Of a stretch of DNA of 64,000 nt, positions 39,837 to 49,076 are shown piece after piece. The position numbers and the translations under genes are program-made. The DNA is taken from contig DATKIP010000076.1 of assembly GCA_035544015.1 (NCBI GenBank), positions 192,299-256,298 on the forward strand, in the 5' to 3' direction. The notes below the pieces were generated by a model. That model was not told the origin of the DNA. It searched no databases and was given only the letters and a program-made list of their open reading frames with translations. Source of the stretch: Candidatus Saccharimonadia bacterium (GTDB lineage Bacteria; Patescibacteriota; Saccharimonadia; UBA4664). Each line of letters starts with the position of its first letter. Within the stretch, counting starts at the first letter, position 1.

Positions 39837-40511
39837 ATGAAAATCGATATTATCACGCTCTTCCCGGACATGTTCAAAGGTCCGTTCGACATGAGCATGC
39901 TGTGGAAAGCCCAGGAGAGGGGACTGGCGCAGATCAATTTGATCGACCTGCGCGATTTTGGCCTGGGTTCGCGCCGCACCGTCGACGATACGCCCTACGG
40001 CGGCGGCGACGGGATGGTGCTGCGGGTCGAGCCGGTAGTGGCGGCGATTGAGGCTGCCCGCGCCGCCAGCCCCGGTGCTCGTGTCATTGCGCTCACGCCT
40101 GGCGGCCACCGCTACGACCAAGCCACCGCCGCCGCACTGGCCCGTCTCCCCGGACTCATTTTGCTGGCCGGCCACTACGAGGGCTTCGACGAGCGCATTT
40201 ATAGCTACGTCGACGATCAAATTTCCATCGGCGACTACGTGCTAACTGGCGGCGAACTCCCCGCCATGGTGATCGCCGACAGCGTCATCCGCCTCATTCC
40301 CGGGGTGCTGGGAGGCGAACAATCCGCCCACGACGAATCATTCAGCGATCCCACCCTCCTCGAATACCCCCACTACACCCGCCCGGCCGAATTCCGCGGC
40401 GCCGAGGTGCCGGAGGTGCTCCAAAACGGCCACCACGCCGAAATCGCCGCTTGGCGCCGCACCCAGGCCGAGGCCAAAACTCGCCAGTTTCGGCCCGATC
40501 TGCGACCATAA
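39837..40511 (+). CDS. trmD: tRNA (guanine37-N1)-methyltransferase
   Basis: MKIDIITLFPDMF..., SPOUT knot motifs (GHYEGFDER, LTGGELPAMV). Confidence 0.9.
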   Translation: MKIDIITLFPDMFKGPFDMSMLWKAQERGLAQINLIDLRDFGLGSRRTVDDTPYGGGDGMVLRVEPVVAAIEAARAASPGARVIALTPGGHRYDQATAAALARLPGLILLAGHYEGFDERIYSYVDDQISIGDYVLTGGELPAMVIADSVIRLIPGVLGGEQSAHDESFSDPTLLEYPHYTRPAEFRGAEVPEVLQNGHHAEIAAWRRTQAEAKTRQFRPDLRP

Positions 40512-40595
40512 CCCCGCCGCGCGCCGGAACCCCACCCCCGCCGACACACACAACACAGCACTTACCGCCAAACTGACACAAATCACGCTCACAAT

Positions 40596-40973
40596 ATGTC
40601 AATTTGGCGGTATACTACACGATGTATGCGTTGCCGTCACGTACACTCTTCCCGAAAGAACGAAAATTCCGGAGTACCATCCATCGTGCCACCCAAACCA
40701 TTCTCACTCAGCGTCCTCGCAGCTCTCGCCACCGGCGAGGCGCATGTCTACGCCATTGAACAACAAATGATCGCCGATGTCCGGGGCGCTATTCTCATAA
40801 GCAGCCGATCAGTGTATCGCGAAATGCCGCGCTTAATCGCAGCTGGTCTCGTAGCGGCCACCGCCGATACTCGCCCACAAAAATACCGTCTCACGCCCCA
40901 TGGCCGCCGCACGCTCCATACTGAACGTGAGCGCGCCCTCCAGACCTATCGGCTGCTCCAGAAACGCCTCTAA
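40596..40973 (+). CDS. PadR-like winged-helix transcriptional regulator
   Basis: FSLSVLAALATGEAHVYAI...YREMPRLIAAGLV resembles PadR. Start likely internal to the listed ORF. Confidence 0.5.
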   Translation: MSIWRYTTRCMRCRHVHSSRKNENSGVPSIVPPKPFSLSVLAALATGEAHVYAIEQQMIADVRGAILISSRSVYREMPRLIAAGLVAATADTRPQKYRLTPHGRRTLHTERERALQTYRLLQKRL

Positions 40974-42130
40974 AGTTCGAAATAATTCCACAATTTAGAC
41001 GACAAATCCCCAAACAGCGCGGGTGCGCCACCCGGTGTATTCCACGGACCCGAGGTCACTACCACCAAATAATTAGTCTTGGGGCCGTACACCACGCCCG
41101 CGTCATGCACGAATCCATCCAGATCGCCGGTTTTGTGGGCGATCACCGTTCCCGCCGGCAAACCTTGCGGCAGGCGGTTGTTCACCCGCTGATCCTTGAG
41201 CAGCCCCATGAAGTTATTAGTCGAATTCGACGACACCAGCGTGCCGCTGTAGAGTCGCGTCAACAACGTTGATACATCCTGAGCCGAGGTTTTTTGCGGG
41301 GTAGCCAAATTCGTTTGCGTGTAACCTTCTATCTGCAGCGCCTGGTTTTGCTGGCCCCAACCGAGAATATCGCCCAAAGCACGCCCGCAGGCGTTGTCCG
41401 AAACATTAATCATCACGCGCAAACAGTCGCTGATATTGCGCCCTGTGCCGCCGCCGGCCGCTTGTCCGTAATCGAGCTTACCGAGGTCGATCTGCTGGTA
41501 GATGCGCTGAGCCACAAACAGCTTATAGAGGCTGGCACTTTCCATTTGCTGATCAGGATTGATGCTGGCGGTGGCGCCGCTGGACAGATCTTTGACCACA
41601 ATCCCAAATTTACCCGGATTGGCGGCCGAAAAATCATCCAAAATCTGCTGCAAGCCGGCTTTTTGCGGCGTCGGCGCCGGAGTTGCCGCCGCCACGGCCG
41701 GCGCTGGGGTCGCAGCCGGGCTCGGCGCCGGCTTCTCGGCCGCCCGGGCCGTCGAAGTCGCCGGCGTCGACAGCCGGCTCACCGTGAGCGTGGAAACCAC
41801 CAGCGCCGTCGCCACCAGCCCAAAGGCGATGGCCGGCCGCCGCCAACCAATGTGCGGCAGTCGCAGCGACGGCAGCTGCCAGGCCGGAGTGAGCGTCGCA
41901 GCCGGCGCTTGCATCGCCGCCACCACTTCGCGCGGCGTCGTGCGCGGCACCGGCCGGCGAATGCCGTCCATGCCCACCGTGTAGCCGCGCGCCTCCGGCG
42001 CCGCCGTCAGGGGGCGTGCCATCATCGGCTGTTGCAAAACAGTCGCCCGAGGACGCATTGGCGTCGGCCGCACTCCATCCATCACACGAATCATAGATTT
42101 ACTATAAACGTAAGCATCATCTCCACACAA
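40970..42130 (-). CDS. Membrane-anchored class A beta-lactamase-like serine hydrolase
   Basis: N-terminal TM anchor and an Ala/Pro-rich linker. SxxK (SLYK), SDN (VSDNACG) and KTG (HKTGDLDG) motifs. Confidence 0.65.
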   Translation of the reverse strand: MCGDDAYVYSKSMIRVMDGVRPTPMRPRATVLQQPMMARPLTAAPEARGYTVGMDGIRRPVPRTTPREVVAAMQAPAATLTPAWQLPSLRLPHIGWRRPAIAFGLVATALVVSTLTVSRLSTPATSTARAAEKPAPSPAATPAPAVAAATPAPTPQKAGLQQILDDFSAANPGKFGIVVKDLSSGATASINPDQQMESASLYKLFVAQRIYQQIDLGKLDYGQAAGGGTGRNISDCLRVMINVSDNACGRALGDILGWGQQNQALQIEGYTQTNLATPQKTSAQDVSTLLTRLYSGTLVSSNSTNNFMGLLKDQRVNNRLPQGLPAGTVIAHKTGDLDGFVHDAGVVYGPKTNYLVVVTSGPWNTPGGAPALFGDLSSKLWNYFEL

Positions 42131-42169
42131 GCCACCCTTTCATTCTCGGCGTATAATGAGGGACAGAAT

Positions 42170-42583
42170 ATGGAGAAAATGATGAGACTTATCGACGTAT
42201 TGCCCACCACCACTGTGTATGCGCACTGCGACCTGCCGTGCGGCGTTTACGACCCAGCCCAGGCCCGCATAGAGGCCGAGTCGGTTCACAAAATTATGCA
42301 AAAATATGCCGACAACACCGACCAAGTCTTTCGTACCCGCGCCATTATTATCAAAGAAGAGCGTACCGAACTAGTGAAGCGCCATTTGTGGGTGCTCTGG
42401 ACCGATTATTTCAAGCCTGAGCATCTCGAAAAACATCCCAACCTCCACGACCTCTTTTGGCGAGCCACGAAGCAGGCGGGGGAGTGCAAGCACCACGTCG
42501 AACCCGAAGAAGGTCAGAAATTACTCGATCTCATTGCCGAAATTACCGAAATATTTAACGCCACGAAAGCCGCGGCCAAGTAG
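42170..42583 (+). CDS. sodN: Nickel-containing superoxide dismutase precursor
   Basis: Propeptide MEKMMRLIDVLPTTTVYA followed by the Ni-hook HCDLPCGVYDPA. 4-helix-bundle size (137 aa). GAGGGA RBS. Confidence 0.85.
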   Translation: MEKMMRLIDVLPTTTVYAHCDLPCGVYDPAQARIEAESVHKIMQKYADNTDQVFRTRAIIIKEERTELVKRHLWVLWTDYFKPEHLEKHPNLHDLFWRATKQAGECKHHVEPEEGQKLLDLIAEITEIFNATKAAAK

Positions 42584-42586
42584 CGC

Positions 42587-44086
42587 ATGCGCAAACTCTG
42601 GCCCCTGGGGCTCTACCGCGTGGCGGGTCACAGCATGCAGCCGACGCACCGGCCGGGCGACGTCGTGTTGGGCTGCCGCTGGTTTGTGCCCCGCCCCGGC
42701 CAAACCGTGGTGGCGCGCGCCGGCGGCGACCCGCTGCTCAAGCGCATCGAACGCATCGACGGCCGCCAGGTGTGGCTGGCCGGCGACAACCCCGCCGACT
42801 CGCACGATAGCCGCCACTTTGGCGCCGTCGACCGCTCGCAGCTCGAGGCCGTGATCGTGCCGTGGCGCCGGGCCGGCTTGGTAGCCGCCGCGCTCGTGGC
42901 GGTGGCCGGCGCCGCCGTCTTCGCCGCCGCGGCCATCCGGCCGCCAGGGCGCGGGGTCTATCGCGCCCCCGCGCCGACGCCCACGGCGACGGCCGCCCAG
43001 CCCAGCCCCGCCGCCACGCCGCCGTACGCCATGTCGGCGGGGCCCGCCCCCAAGGCGCCGCTCACCGTGCCGGCCGGCTATGCCATCCATGTGTTCGCCG
43101 ACCGCCAAGGCACCGCGCGCGATCTGCAATTTTCGCCCGGCGGCACCTTGCTCGTGTCCGATCCCAAGGCGCGCACCATCACCGCCCTGCCCGACAGCAA
43201 CCACGACGGCGCCGCCGATTCCGCCAAAATCATTCTCACCGGCGGCGACAACCCCCATGGCCTGGCTTTCCGCGGCGGCTACTTGTATGTGGCCGAAACC
43301 GGCCGCGTGATGCGCTACGCCTGGGACGAAACTACGCTCGCCGCCACCACCGGCCAAGAATTATTCAAACTCCCCACCCCCAACCCCGACCACAACAAAC
43401 GCACCATCACCTTCGGCGCCGACGACCAGCTGTACATCTCGGTCGGCTCCACCTGCAATGTCTGCCGCGAATCCGACCCGCACTCCGCCACCATCCTCAC
43501 GGCCGACGCCGACGGCCACAATCTGCGCACGTTCGCCTCCGGCCTGCGCAACGCCCCGTTCATGGCCATCAACCCCGCCACCAAGGAGCTCTGGTCCACC
43601 GAAATGGGCCGCGACAACCTCGGCGATACCACCCCGCCCGACGAAATCGACATCATCCACGACGGCTCCAACTACGGCTGGCCGATCTGTTACGGCGCCA
43701 AAATCCACGACACCGCCTTCGATCACGCCGCCTACCTCGCCGACCCCTGCGCCTCCACCGTTGGGCCCATCTACGGCGTCCCCGCCCACAATGCGCCGCT
43801 CGGCCTCGCCTTCATCGCCTCCCCGCAATGGCCCACCGACCAGCAAGGCGACCTGCTCGTGGCCTACCACGGCTCCTGGAACCGCAGCGTACCCGACGGC
43901 TACAAAGTGGTGCGCCTCACCGTCCGTGGCAACACCATCACCGGCACCACCGATATCGTCACCGGCTTCATCGCCGGCCGCAGCGTCTCCGCCCGCCCGG
44001 TCGACCTCACCTTCGACGCGCTGGGCAACCTCTACCTCTCCGACGATTACTCCGGCACCATTTATCTAATCCAAAAGCAGCTCTAA
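42587..44086 (+). CDS. sodX: SodX-like S26 signal-peptidase-family protease fused to a TM segment and a PQQ-type glucose/sorbosone dehydrogenase (GSDH) beta-propeller
   Basis: S26 boxes GHSMQPT, PGDVVLG and GDNPADSHDSRHFG. TM LVAAALVAVAGAAVFAAAAI. C-terminal GSDH-like repeats (YAIHVFADRQGTARDLQFSPGGTLLV..., GWPICYG). A single uninterrupted ORF. Confidence 0.7.
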   Translation: MRKLWPLGLYRVAGHSMQPTHRPGDVVLGCRWFVPRPGQTVVARAGGDPLLKRIERIDGRQVWLAGDNPADSHDSRHFGAVDRSQLEAVIVPWRRAGLVAAALVAVAGAAVFAAAAIRPPGRGVYRAPAPTPTATAAQPSPAATPPYAMSAGPAPKAPLTVPAGYAIHVFADRQGTARDLQFSPGGTLLVSDPKARTITALPDSNHDGAADSAKIILTGGDNPHGLAFRGGYLYVAETGRVMRYAWDETTLAATTGQELFKLPTPNPDHNKRTITFGADDQLYISVGSTCNVCRESDPHSATILTADADGHNLRTFASGLRNAPFMAINPATKELWSTEMGRDNLGDTTPPDEIDIIHDGSNYGWPICYGAKIHDTAFDHAAYLADPCASTVGPIYGVPAHNAPLGLAFIASPQWPTDQQGDLLVAYHGSWNRSVPDGYKVVRLTVRGNTITGTTDIVTGFIAGRSVSARPVDLTFDALGNLYLSDDYSGTIYLIQKQL

Positions 44087-44089
44087 CCC

Positions 44090-44548
44090 ATGCTCCTCCT
44101 CAGGCCTTTTCTCAAACCCTTCCGCTACGCCTTCCGCGAGCTCATCCTGCACCGCCGCAAACAAATCCCATTTTGGATCTTGGTCGGCTTTCTGCCCACC
44201 TTCTTCCTGGCGCGGTTTACCGTGCAGCACTTCCCGTATCTGTTCGTCCACGTCCACGGCACGCACGTCCATCATTTCATTTACGGCTTCTTCGTGCTCG
44301 CTACCATGGGCTTCATCGCCCTCATCACCGACCGCGCCCGCCGCGTGCAGGCCTTTTTCTACGGCGCCGGCCTCGCCCTCGCCTTCGATGAATTCGGTAT
44401 GTGGGTCCGCCTCACCGACCACTACAACATCGACGCCTCCGAGGACGCCATCGCCATCATCGCCGCCATCCTCGTGTTTCTGGTGTACGGTATCGGCATC
44501 GTCCGCCGCGCCCTCCCTCAGCTCAAAAAACTCCGCCCCCGCCGCTAG
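44090..44548 (+). CDS. Hypothetical integral membrane protein
   Basis: 152 aa, 4 TM helices. Immediately downstream of the sodX fusion. Confidence 0.45.
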   Translation: MLLLRPFLKPFRYAFRELILHRRKQIPFWILVGFLPTFFLARFTVQHFPYLFVHVHGTHVHHFIYGFFVLATMGFIALITDRARRVQAFFYGAGLALAFDEFGMWVRLTDHYNIDASEDAIAIIAAILVFLVYGIGIVRRALPQLKKLRPRR

Positions 44549-44614
44549 CGCATTGTCATTCGCCCCAAAATCTTGTACCATATGACGGTTCATCCCAGCC
44601 AAATATTCATCCAA

Positions 44615-44689
44615 TGGGGCGTGGCCAAGTGGTAAGGCGCTTGATTCTGGCTCAAGAGATCCTAGGTTCGAATCCTAGCGCCCCAGCCA
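44615..44689 (+). tRNA. tRNA-Gln (anticodon CTG), CCA encoded
   Basis: Acceptor TGGGGCG/CGCCCCA, anticodon stem-loop CTTGA-TTCTGGC-TCAAG, T-loop GGTTCGAATCC. Confidence 0.9.
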
Positions 44690-44791
44690 GTTATTATTTG
44701 TCATTTTGTATCTGTAACTTAGTTCGGTCATCGGGCGAGGGAGATAGTACGACCGAACTTTGGCCCATCGTCTATCTGTTAGAATTTACTC

Positions 44792-45541
44792 ATGCAATAT
44801 CAAGCGTTCATCTTCGACCTCGACGGCACGGCAATTCCCAACATTCCAAACGGCCTTCCTTCGGATCGATTGGTTAAGGCTATAGCTAAGGCAAAAGGAA
44901 GGCTGAGATTCTGTGCGGCCACTGGTAGGCCTATTACGAATGCAAAACCCATTTTGGACAGACTTAACTTGACCGATCCGTGCATTATCTCGGCGGGGAC
45001 ACAAATTGTTAATCCGCAAACCGGTCAAATCTTGTGGGAAGCCGCGCTTGATAACAAAGATGTCGCCGCTGTTCTGGATATTTGTAAGCCCCATCATTAC
45101 GAAGTCCTCATCCGTAATGAGCTGATGGGACAGGGTGCACCTGCCGCACGGCGCATCATTACCGAAAGCGTGAATGTCATATACATCATGCAATGCTCGG
45201 AAGCTGACGGCCAAGCAATTCTCAAAGAACTTGCCGAGGTTCCTAACATTACTGCCGCTGGCGTGTTGTCCTGGACAGGCGAAGGCCTTGATATCCATGT
45301 AACACACCGTGAAGCGACCAAGGAACATGCAATTGCCGAACTGCTAAAAATGCTGGACATCACCAAGGTACAAACTATTGGCGTAGGCGATGGCAATAAC
45401 GACGTCCATCTGTTTCGTGGGGTCGGCAAAAAAGTGGCGATGGGAAACGCGACCGAATTACTGAAGTCGCAGGCGGACGTTGTCTGTGATTCTGTCGACC
45501 ACGATGGACTTGCAAAGTTTATAGAAGAATTCATGTCGTAG
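44792..45541 (+). CDS. Cof-type HAD-IIB hydrolase
   Basis: Motif I FIFDLDGTAIP, C-terminal GDGNNDVHLF. Low-GC region. Confidence 0.75.
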   Translation: MQYQAFIFDLDGTAIPNIPNGLPSDRLVKAIAKAKGRLRFCAATGRPITNAKPILDRLNLTDPCIISAGTQIVNPQTGQILWEAALDNKDVAAVLDICKPHHYEVLIRNELMGQGAPAARRIITESVNVIYIMQCSEADGQAILKELAEVPNITAAGVLSWTGEGLDIHVTHREATKEHAIAELLKMLDITKVQTIGVGDGNNDVHLFRGVGKKVAMGNATELLKSQADVVCDSVDHDGLAKFIEEFMS

Positions 45542-45722
45542 CTCCTTCATCATCCTCATCGAGCAGTGCTCGCATCTGACCAATAGATCCCACAAGTTCA
45601 TCTAAACGAGTTGGGGTTCGATCCTCCAACATGATCCCCAGCCATTGCACTTATGCTTAAAATAACGGCTCGATGAGCCGTTATTTTGTTGTCCGCATAT
45701 ATCTCGTATAAAATTGTAAAGT

Positions 45723-46436
45723 ATGAATGAAGAGTTAAATACACCGGAGCATCGAAGCGATTTTAGTGGCGCACAATTGAGTCAAGAGCTTGAGCACCAA
45801 GCTGAGATTGGTAAATTGAGCGGAGATTTATTGCGGGACTTCTATCAAACTTTTCGTCTTTCACAAAAAGAGACAGCCATTCAACCGCCACTATTTAGTC
45901 TTCTGGCCGACCAGCATGTACAAGCCGGGCACCAAGACATATTGCCCACCGCCTTGAATGCAGCCGATAATAAGGTGGATGAATTACTGCCACCGCGCCG
46001 ACACGGCGATACTGATGAGGAATCCCGTAATAACTCCGAAACAGGCTTCCGGGCCATGTGGGCTGAATATTCAAAGGTGCTCCAGGTGCCAGATTCGGGC
46101 ATACGACGTACTCCCGAACTCATCTTGGAAGATATGCTAGCTCAAGACCTCTATTATCAGGAGAACGATCGCCCAAACCGGGGCGGTCAAGACGATGTCC
46201 ACGAAAGCATTGTCCGCGAGTATATACTTGGCAATCGACTTACTGGCTCAGATCAGCTCATGGCTGTTCGAAATCAATTGCGAGAGGCTCTAGTATCGCC
46301 ATCTGTTGACGATGACAGTGGCGGCGATTGGATGCTAAGACGCCGAGCAGAGTTGATAGAGGAGTGGGAAGCCAATCACTCCAGCCAGTCGTTTATGTCG
46401 CAAGACCGGCAGGACCCATCGCTAAAAGGGTTCTAA
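45723..46436 (+). CDS. Hypothetical protein
   Basis: 237-aa ORF in a low-GC island. No family recognised. Confidence 0.35.
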   Translation: MNEELNTPEHRSDFSGAQLSQELEHQAEIGKLSGDLLRDFYQTFRLSQKETAIQPPLFSLLADQHVQAGHQDILPTALNAADNKVDELLPPRRHGDTDEESRNNSETGFRAMWAEYSKVLQVPDSGIRRTPELILEDMLAQDLYYQENDRPNRGGQDDVHESIVREYILGNRLTGSDQLMAVRNQLREALVSPSVDDDSGGDWMLRRRAELIEEWEANHSSQSFMSQDRQDPSLKGF

Positions 46437-46610
46437 CTTCGTTAACTAGCCCCAGCCAAGGAATTTTACAGATAAGAAGCCGACCAATTTAGATCGCATC
46501 AGTCGTTTCCGTTATTCCACAAATGCAAATCGCCCCCACAAGGAGGGCGGCTGCCAACTTCGTGGGGGCGTATGGTGGATAAGGAAGAGGCTTCCTTATC
46601 CCATGTTCAT

Positions 46611-47018
46611 CTACTCATAGAATGGGTAGACTACTTCGTGTAGCATGAGGCAAAATATCTTGCCCCGTTTCGTCAGCGCAAGCCCCATATTCGTGCCGGT
46701 AACCAGCCCCAGCCTCAACATCTCTGCTATGGCGGCCGCAGGGTAAAACTCGGGTATTATGAGCGTCAGGTGCATCGCGTGCCAGACCTTGTACTTCTTC
46801 GCGCGCCTCACCCCATTGGCCAGGTCTACGCGAAACCCGAACGTGAAGTTGCCACCGGTAGCGTTGAAGTCTTCATCGGAGAAGACTTCAGACCATGCTT
46901 TAGGGCCTCCCATGTAGAAGTCCCTTTCTTGCCTATCCAACTCCTCGTCCCGCCGTATTTCTGCGCGCGAGCGGGTATCAACCGGTGGAGGTGTTGGGTG
47001 TCGGCCCCGTCCGAACAT
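46611..47018 (-). CDS. Hypothetical protein
   Basis: 135-aa ORF in a low-GC island. Confidence 0.3.
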   Translation of the reverse strand: MFGRGRHPTPPPVDTRSRAEIRRDEELDRQERDFYMGGPKAWSEVFSDEDFNATGGNFTFGFRVDLANGVRRAKKYKVWHAMHLTLIIPEFYPAAAIAEMLRLGLVTGTNMGLALTKRGKIFCLMLHEVVYPFYE

Positions 47019-47311
47019 GCTTGCTCCTTTAGGTCTTGGTCACCGCTATGCTCCATTCTCTAAGTCCAAAGAGGGAAGTTGGTCAAAGGATGAGCTTTAC
47101 ATGGCTACTCCAATCTCGAGGAGGCAAAACTTATTATAGCATACTTTCTCGTATAATCAAATCTAGCTTCTCTTCGAGAACACTGCTAAGGGGCGAAAGG
47201 CAAAAGTTTTAGGCTGGGTAGGTAGAACGACCAAAATTTAGTTCTCGCTCTTCAGACCCCATGCCCGTGATGCTAAAATAGTATCGTTGCGAATGCATAA
47301 GGAGGCAAGGC

Positions 47312-47686
47312 ATGGACAAATATGTAGATGGCTTCGTACTAGTGGTACCGGCGGATAAAGCCGACGAATACAAAAAAATGGCTACTATGGGCCGTGATTC
47401 GTGGATGAAGCACGGCGCACTTTCGTATTACGAGTGTAAGGCGAACGACCTCGCGCAGCAAAAAATGGGCGACCAAGCTACGCGCTCATTTAACGAAATG
47501 GCGGGAGCGAAAGATGGCGAAGATGTCTGGTTTTCGTTCATTGTCTTTAAATCCAAAGAACATCGCGATGAGGTTAACGCTAAAGTCATGGCAGAAATGA
47601 GCGAAATGGAGCACCCAGCCGAGCCTATGCCTGCCGATATGACACGTATGGCTTATGGTGGTTTTACGGTTGAGGTCGAGGGCTAA
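47312..47686 (+). CDS. DUF1428-family protein
   Basis: MDKYVDGFVLVVP N-terminus typical of DUF1428 (YbaA-like). AGGAGG RBS. Confidence 0.5.
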   Translation: MDKYVDGFVLVVPADKADEYKKMATMGRDSWMKHGALSYYECKANDLAQQKMGDQATRSFNEMAGAKDGEDVWFSFIVFKSKEHRDEVNAKVMAEMSEMEHPAEPMPADMTRMAYGGFTVEVEG

Positions 47687-47751
47687 CTTTAAAGTTTGGA
47701 CTATCTTTCTCCTCCCCAGCCAATGCACCTGTTTCTGATATAATCGTCTGC

Positions 47752-48132
47752 ATGAAGCAAATCGAACAAACCTATGTCATCAAGGCTCCTTTAGAAAAAG
47801 TCTGGCAGGCACTCACGACAGCCGAAGGCGCCGAACAATGGGGGGCTGGCCCCGCAAAATTTGATGCTACCGAAGACGGCGAATTCAGCTACTGGAACGG
47901 AGATATCCACGGTATTAATACGAAGGTCGTTTCAGAGAAGCTACTTGAGCAGGATTGGTACGGCCATGATCATCCAGAAGAAAAATACCGTGCCGTATTC
48001 TCGTTTGAGATGAAGGGTAACACTACTCTCGTTCACCTGGCTTATTCGGGTCACATCTACGATGAGCAAAGAGACATCGACGACTGGCGCGAATATTATT
48101 TTGATCCGATCAAGAGGCTGCTTGAGTCATAA
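47752..48132 (+). CDS. SRPBCC-superfamily protein (AHSA1/polyketide-cyclase-like)
   Basis: IKAPLEKVWQALTTAEGAEQW START-domain-like N-terminus. Confidence 0.6.
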   Translation: MKQIEQTYVIKAPLEKVWQALTTAEGAEQWGAGPAKFDATEDGEFSYWNGDIHGINTKVVSEKLLEQDWYGHDHPEEKYRAVFSFEMKGNTTLVHLAYSGHIYDEQRDIDDWREYYFDPIKRLLES

Positions 48133-48149
48133 TCAGGGCGCTGACACTT

Positions 48150-48683
48150 ATGAACATCCTCATCCGTCCAGAAACCACCACCGACTTCGACAGGATAGCC
48201 GACGTAGTCACCCGCGCCTTCAAGCGGCCGGGCGTGGCCGAGCTAATCAGGCATATCCGGGCCTCGGACAATTACGTGCCGGGGCTCTCGCTCGTGGCCG
48301 AACGCGACGGCCAAATCATTGGGCATATCATGCAGAGCTATGTCACGCTCGAAGATGGCAGCCGGCGGCACAAAATTCTGACGTTGTCGCCCCTAGCAGT
48401 CGACCCCCAGTTTCACAAACAAGGTATTGGCTCACAACTGGTCCGGGAAGCGATTCGCCGAGCTGACGAGCGGGGTGAATCCTTGATCGTCCTCGAAGGC
48501 CGCCCCGAGTACTACACCCGGTTCGGTTTCCGGCCTTCCTATCAGCTAGACATCGAATACCCACTACCCGACTGGGCGCCGGCGGAAGCGGGCCAGGCCC
48601 TACCGCTTTCGGGCAACAGCCCCGCACTAGCACCCAAGGGCAAGGTTGTCTACCCCGAATACTTCAAACTTGCCGAGCACTAG
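48150..48683 (+). CDS. GNAT-family N-acetyltransferase
   Basis: Acetyl-CoA motif A QGIGSQLVREAI. Confidence 0.75.
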   Translation: MNILIRPETTTDFDRIADVVTRAFKRPGVAELIRHIRASDNYVPGLSLVAERDGQIIGHIMQSYVTLEDGSRRHKILTLSPLAVDPQFHKQGIGSQLVREAIRRADERGESLIVLEGRPEYYTRFGFRPSYQLDIEYPLPDWAPAEAGQALPLSGNSPALAPKGKVVYPEYFKLAEH

Positions 48684-48773
48684 TCGCCAGGATTAAGCAA
48701 CAATGCCACACGTTTTCTCTGGCTCGCCGTGCTACGCTATAGCCGTTAAAAAACTAAAACAAAAGGAGTTCCT

Positions 48774-48983
48774 ATGTCCAACGTAAATGCCACACAAGAG
48801 GTCATCATTGTAATCGGTGATGCGAGCGGGGATGGTGGCCATTTTGTCGTGACCCCGCACGGCGTAAAACGCGTGCCCGACAATAACCCGGGGCTACGCG
48901 AAGCCTACAAAGCCATAGCCAAGAACTACGCCATCCTACAAAAGGCCGCATTGGACCAAAAGCTACCCGAACAAAACCGCTAG
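48774..48983 (+). CDS. Hypothetical small protein
   Basis: 69 aa with a GGAG RBS. Confidence 0.3.
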   Translation: MSNVNATQEVIIVIGDASGDGGHFVVTPHGVKRVPDNNPGLREAYKAIAKNYAILQKAALDQKLPEQNR

Positions 48984-49076
48984 AGTTCTGCCGCAAAAAG
49001 TTCCAGAAAATATCTTCTGGAACTTTTTATTTTGCCCACCAAGCCAGCACAATCTTCCTTTTGTTATGATAGTCGC

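Noticed and set aside
41294-42169. N-terminal 290 aa of the 429-aa ORF 41294-42583
   Set aside because: Antisense to the beta-lactamase-like gene and Arg-rich. Only the C-terminal 137 aa (sodN, from ATG 42170 with an RBS) is real.
42862-44391. 509-aa Arg/Pro/His-rich ORF
   Set aside because: Alternative frame of the sodX-GSDH gene. Extreme Arg content typical of a GC-rich off-frame.
44401-44877. 158-aa ORF spanning tRNA-Gln
   Set aside because: Overlaps a well-formed tRNA and its flanks. His/Arg/Pro-rich nonsense composition.
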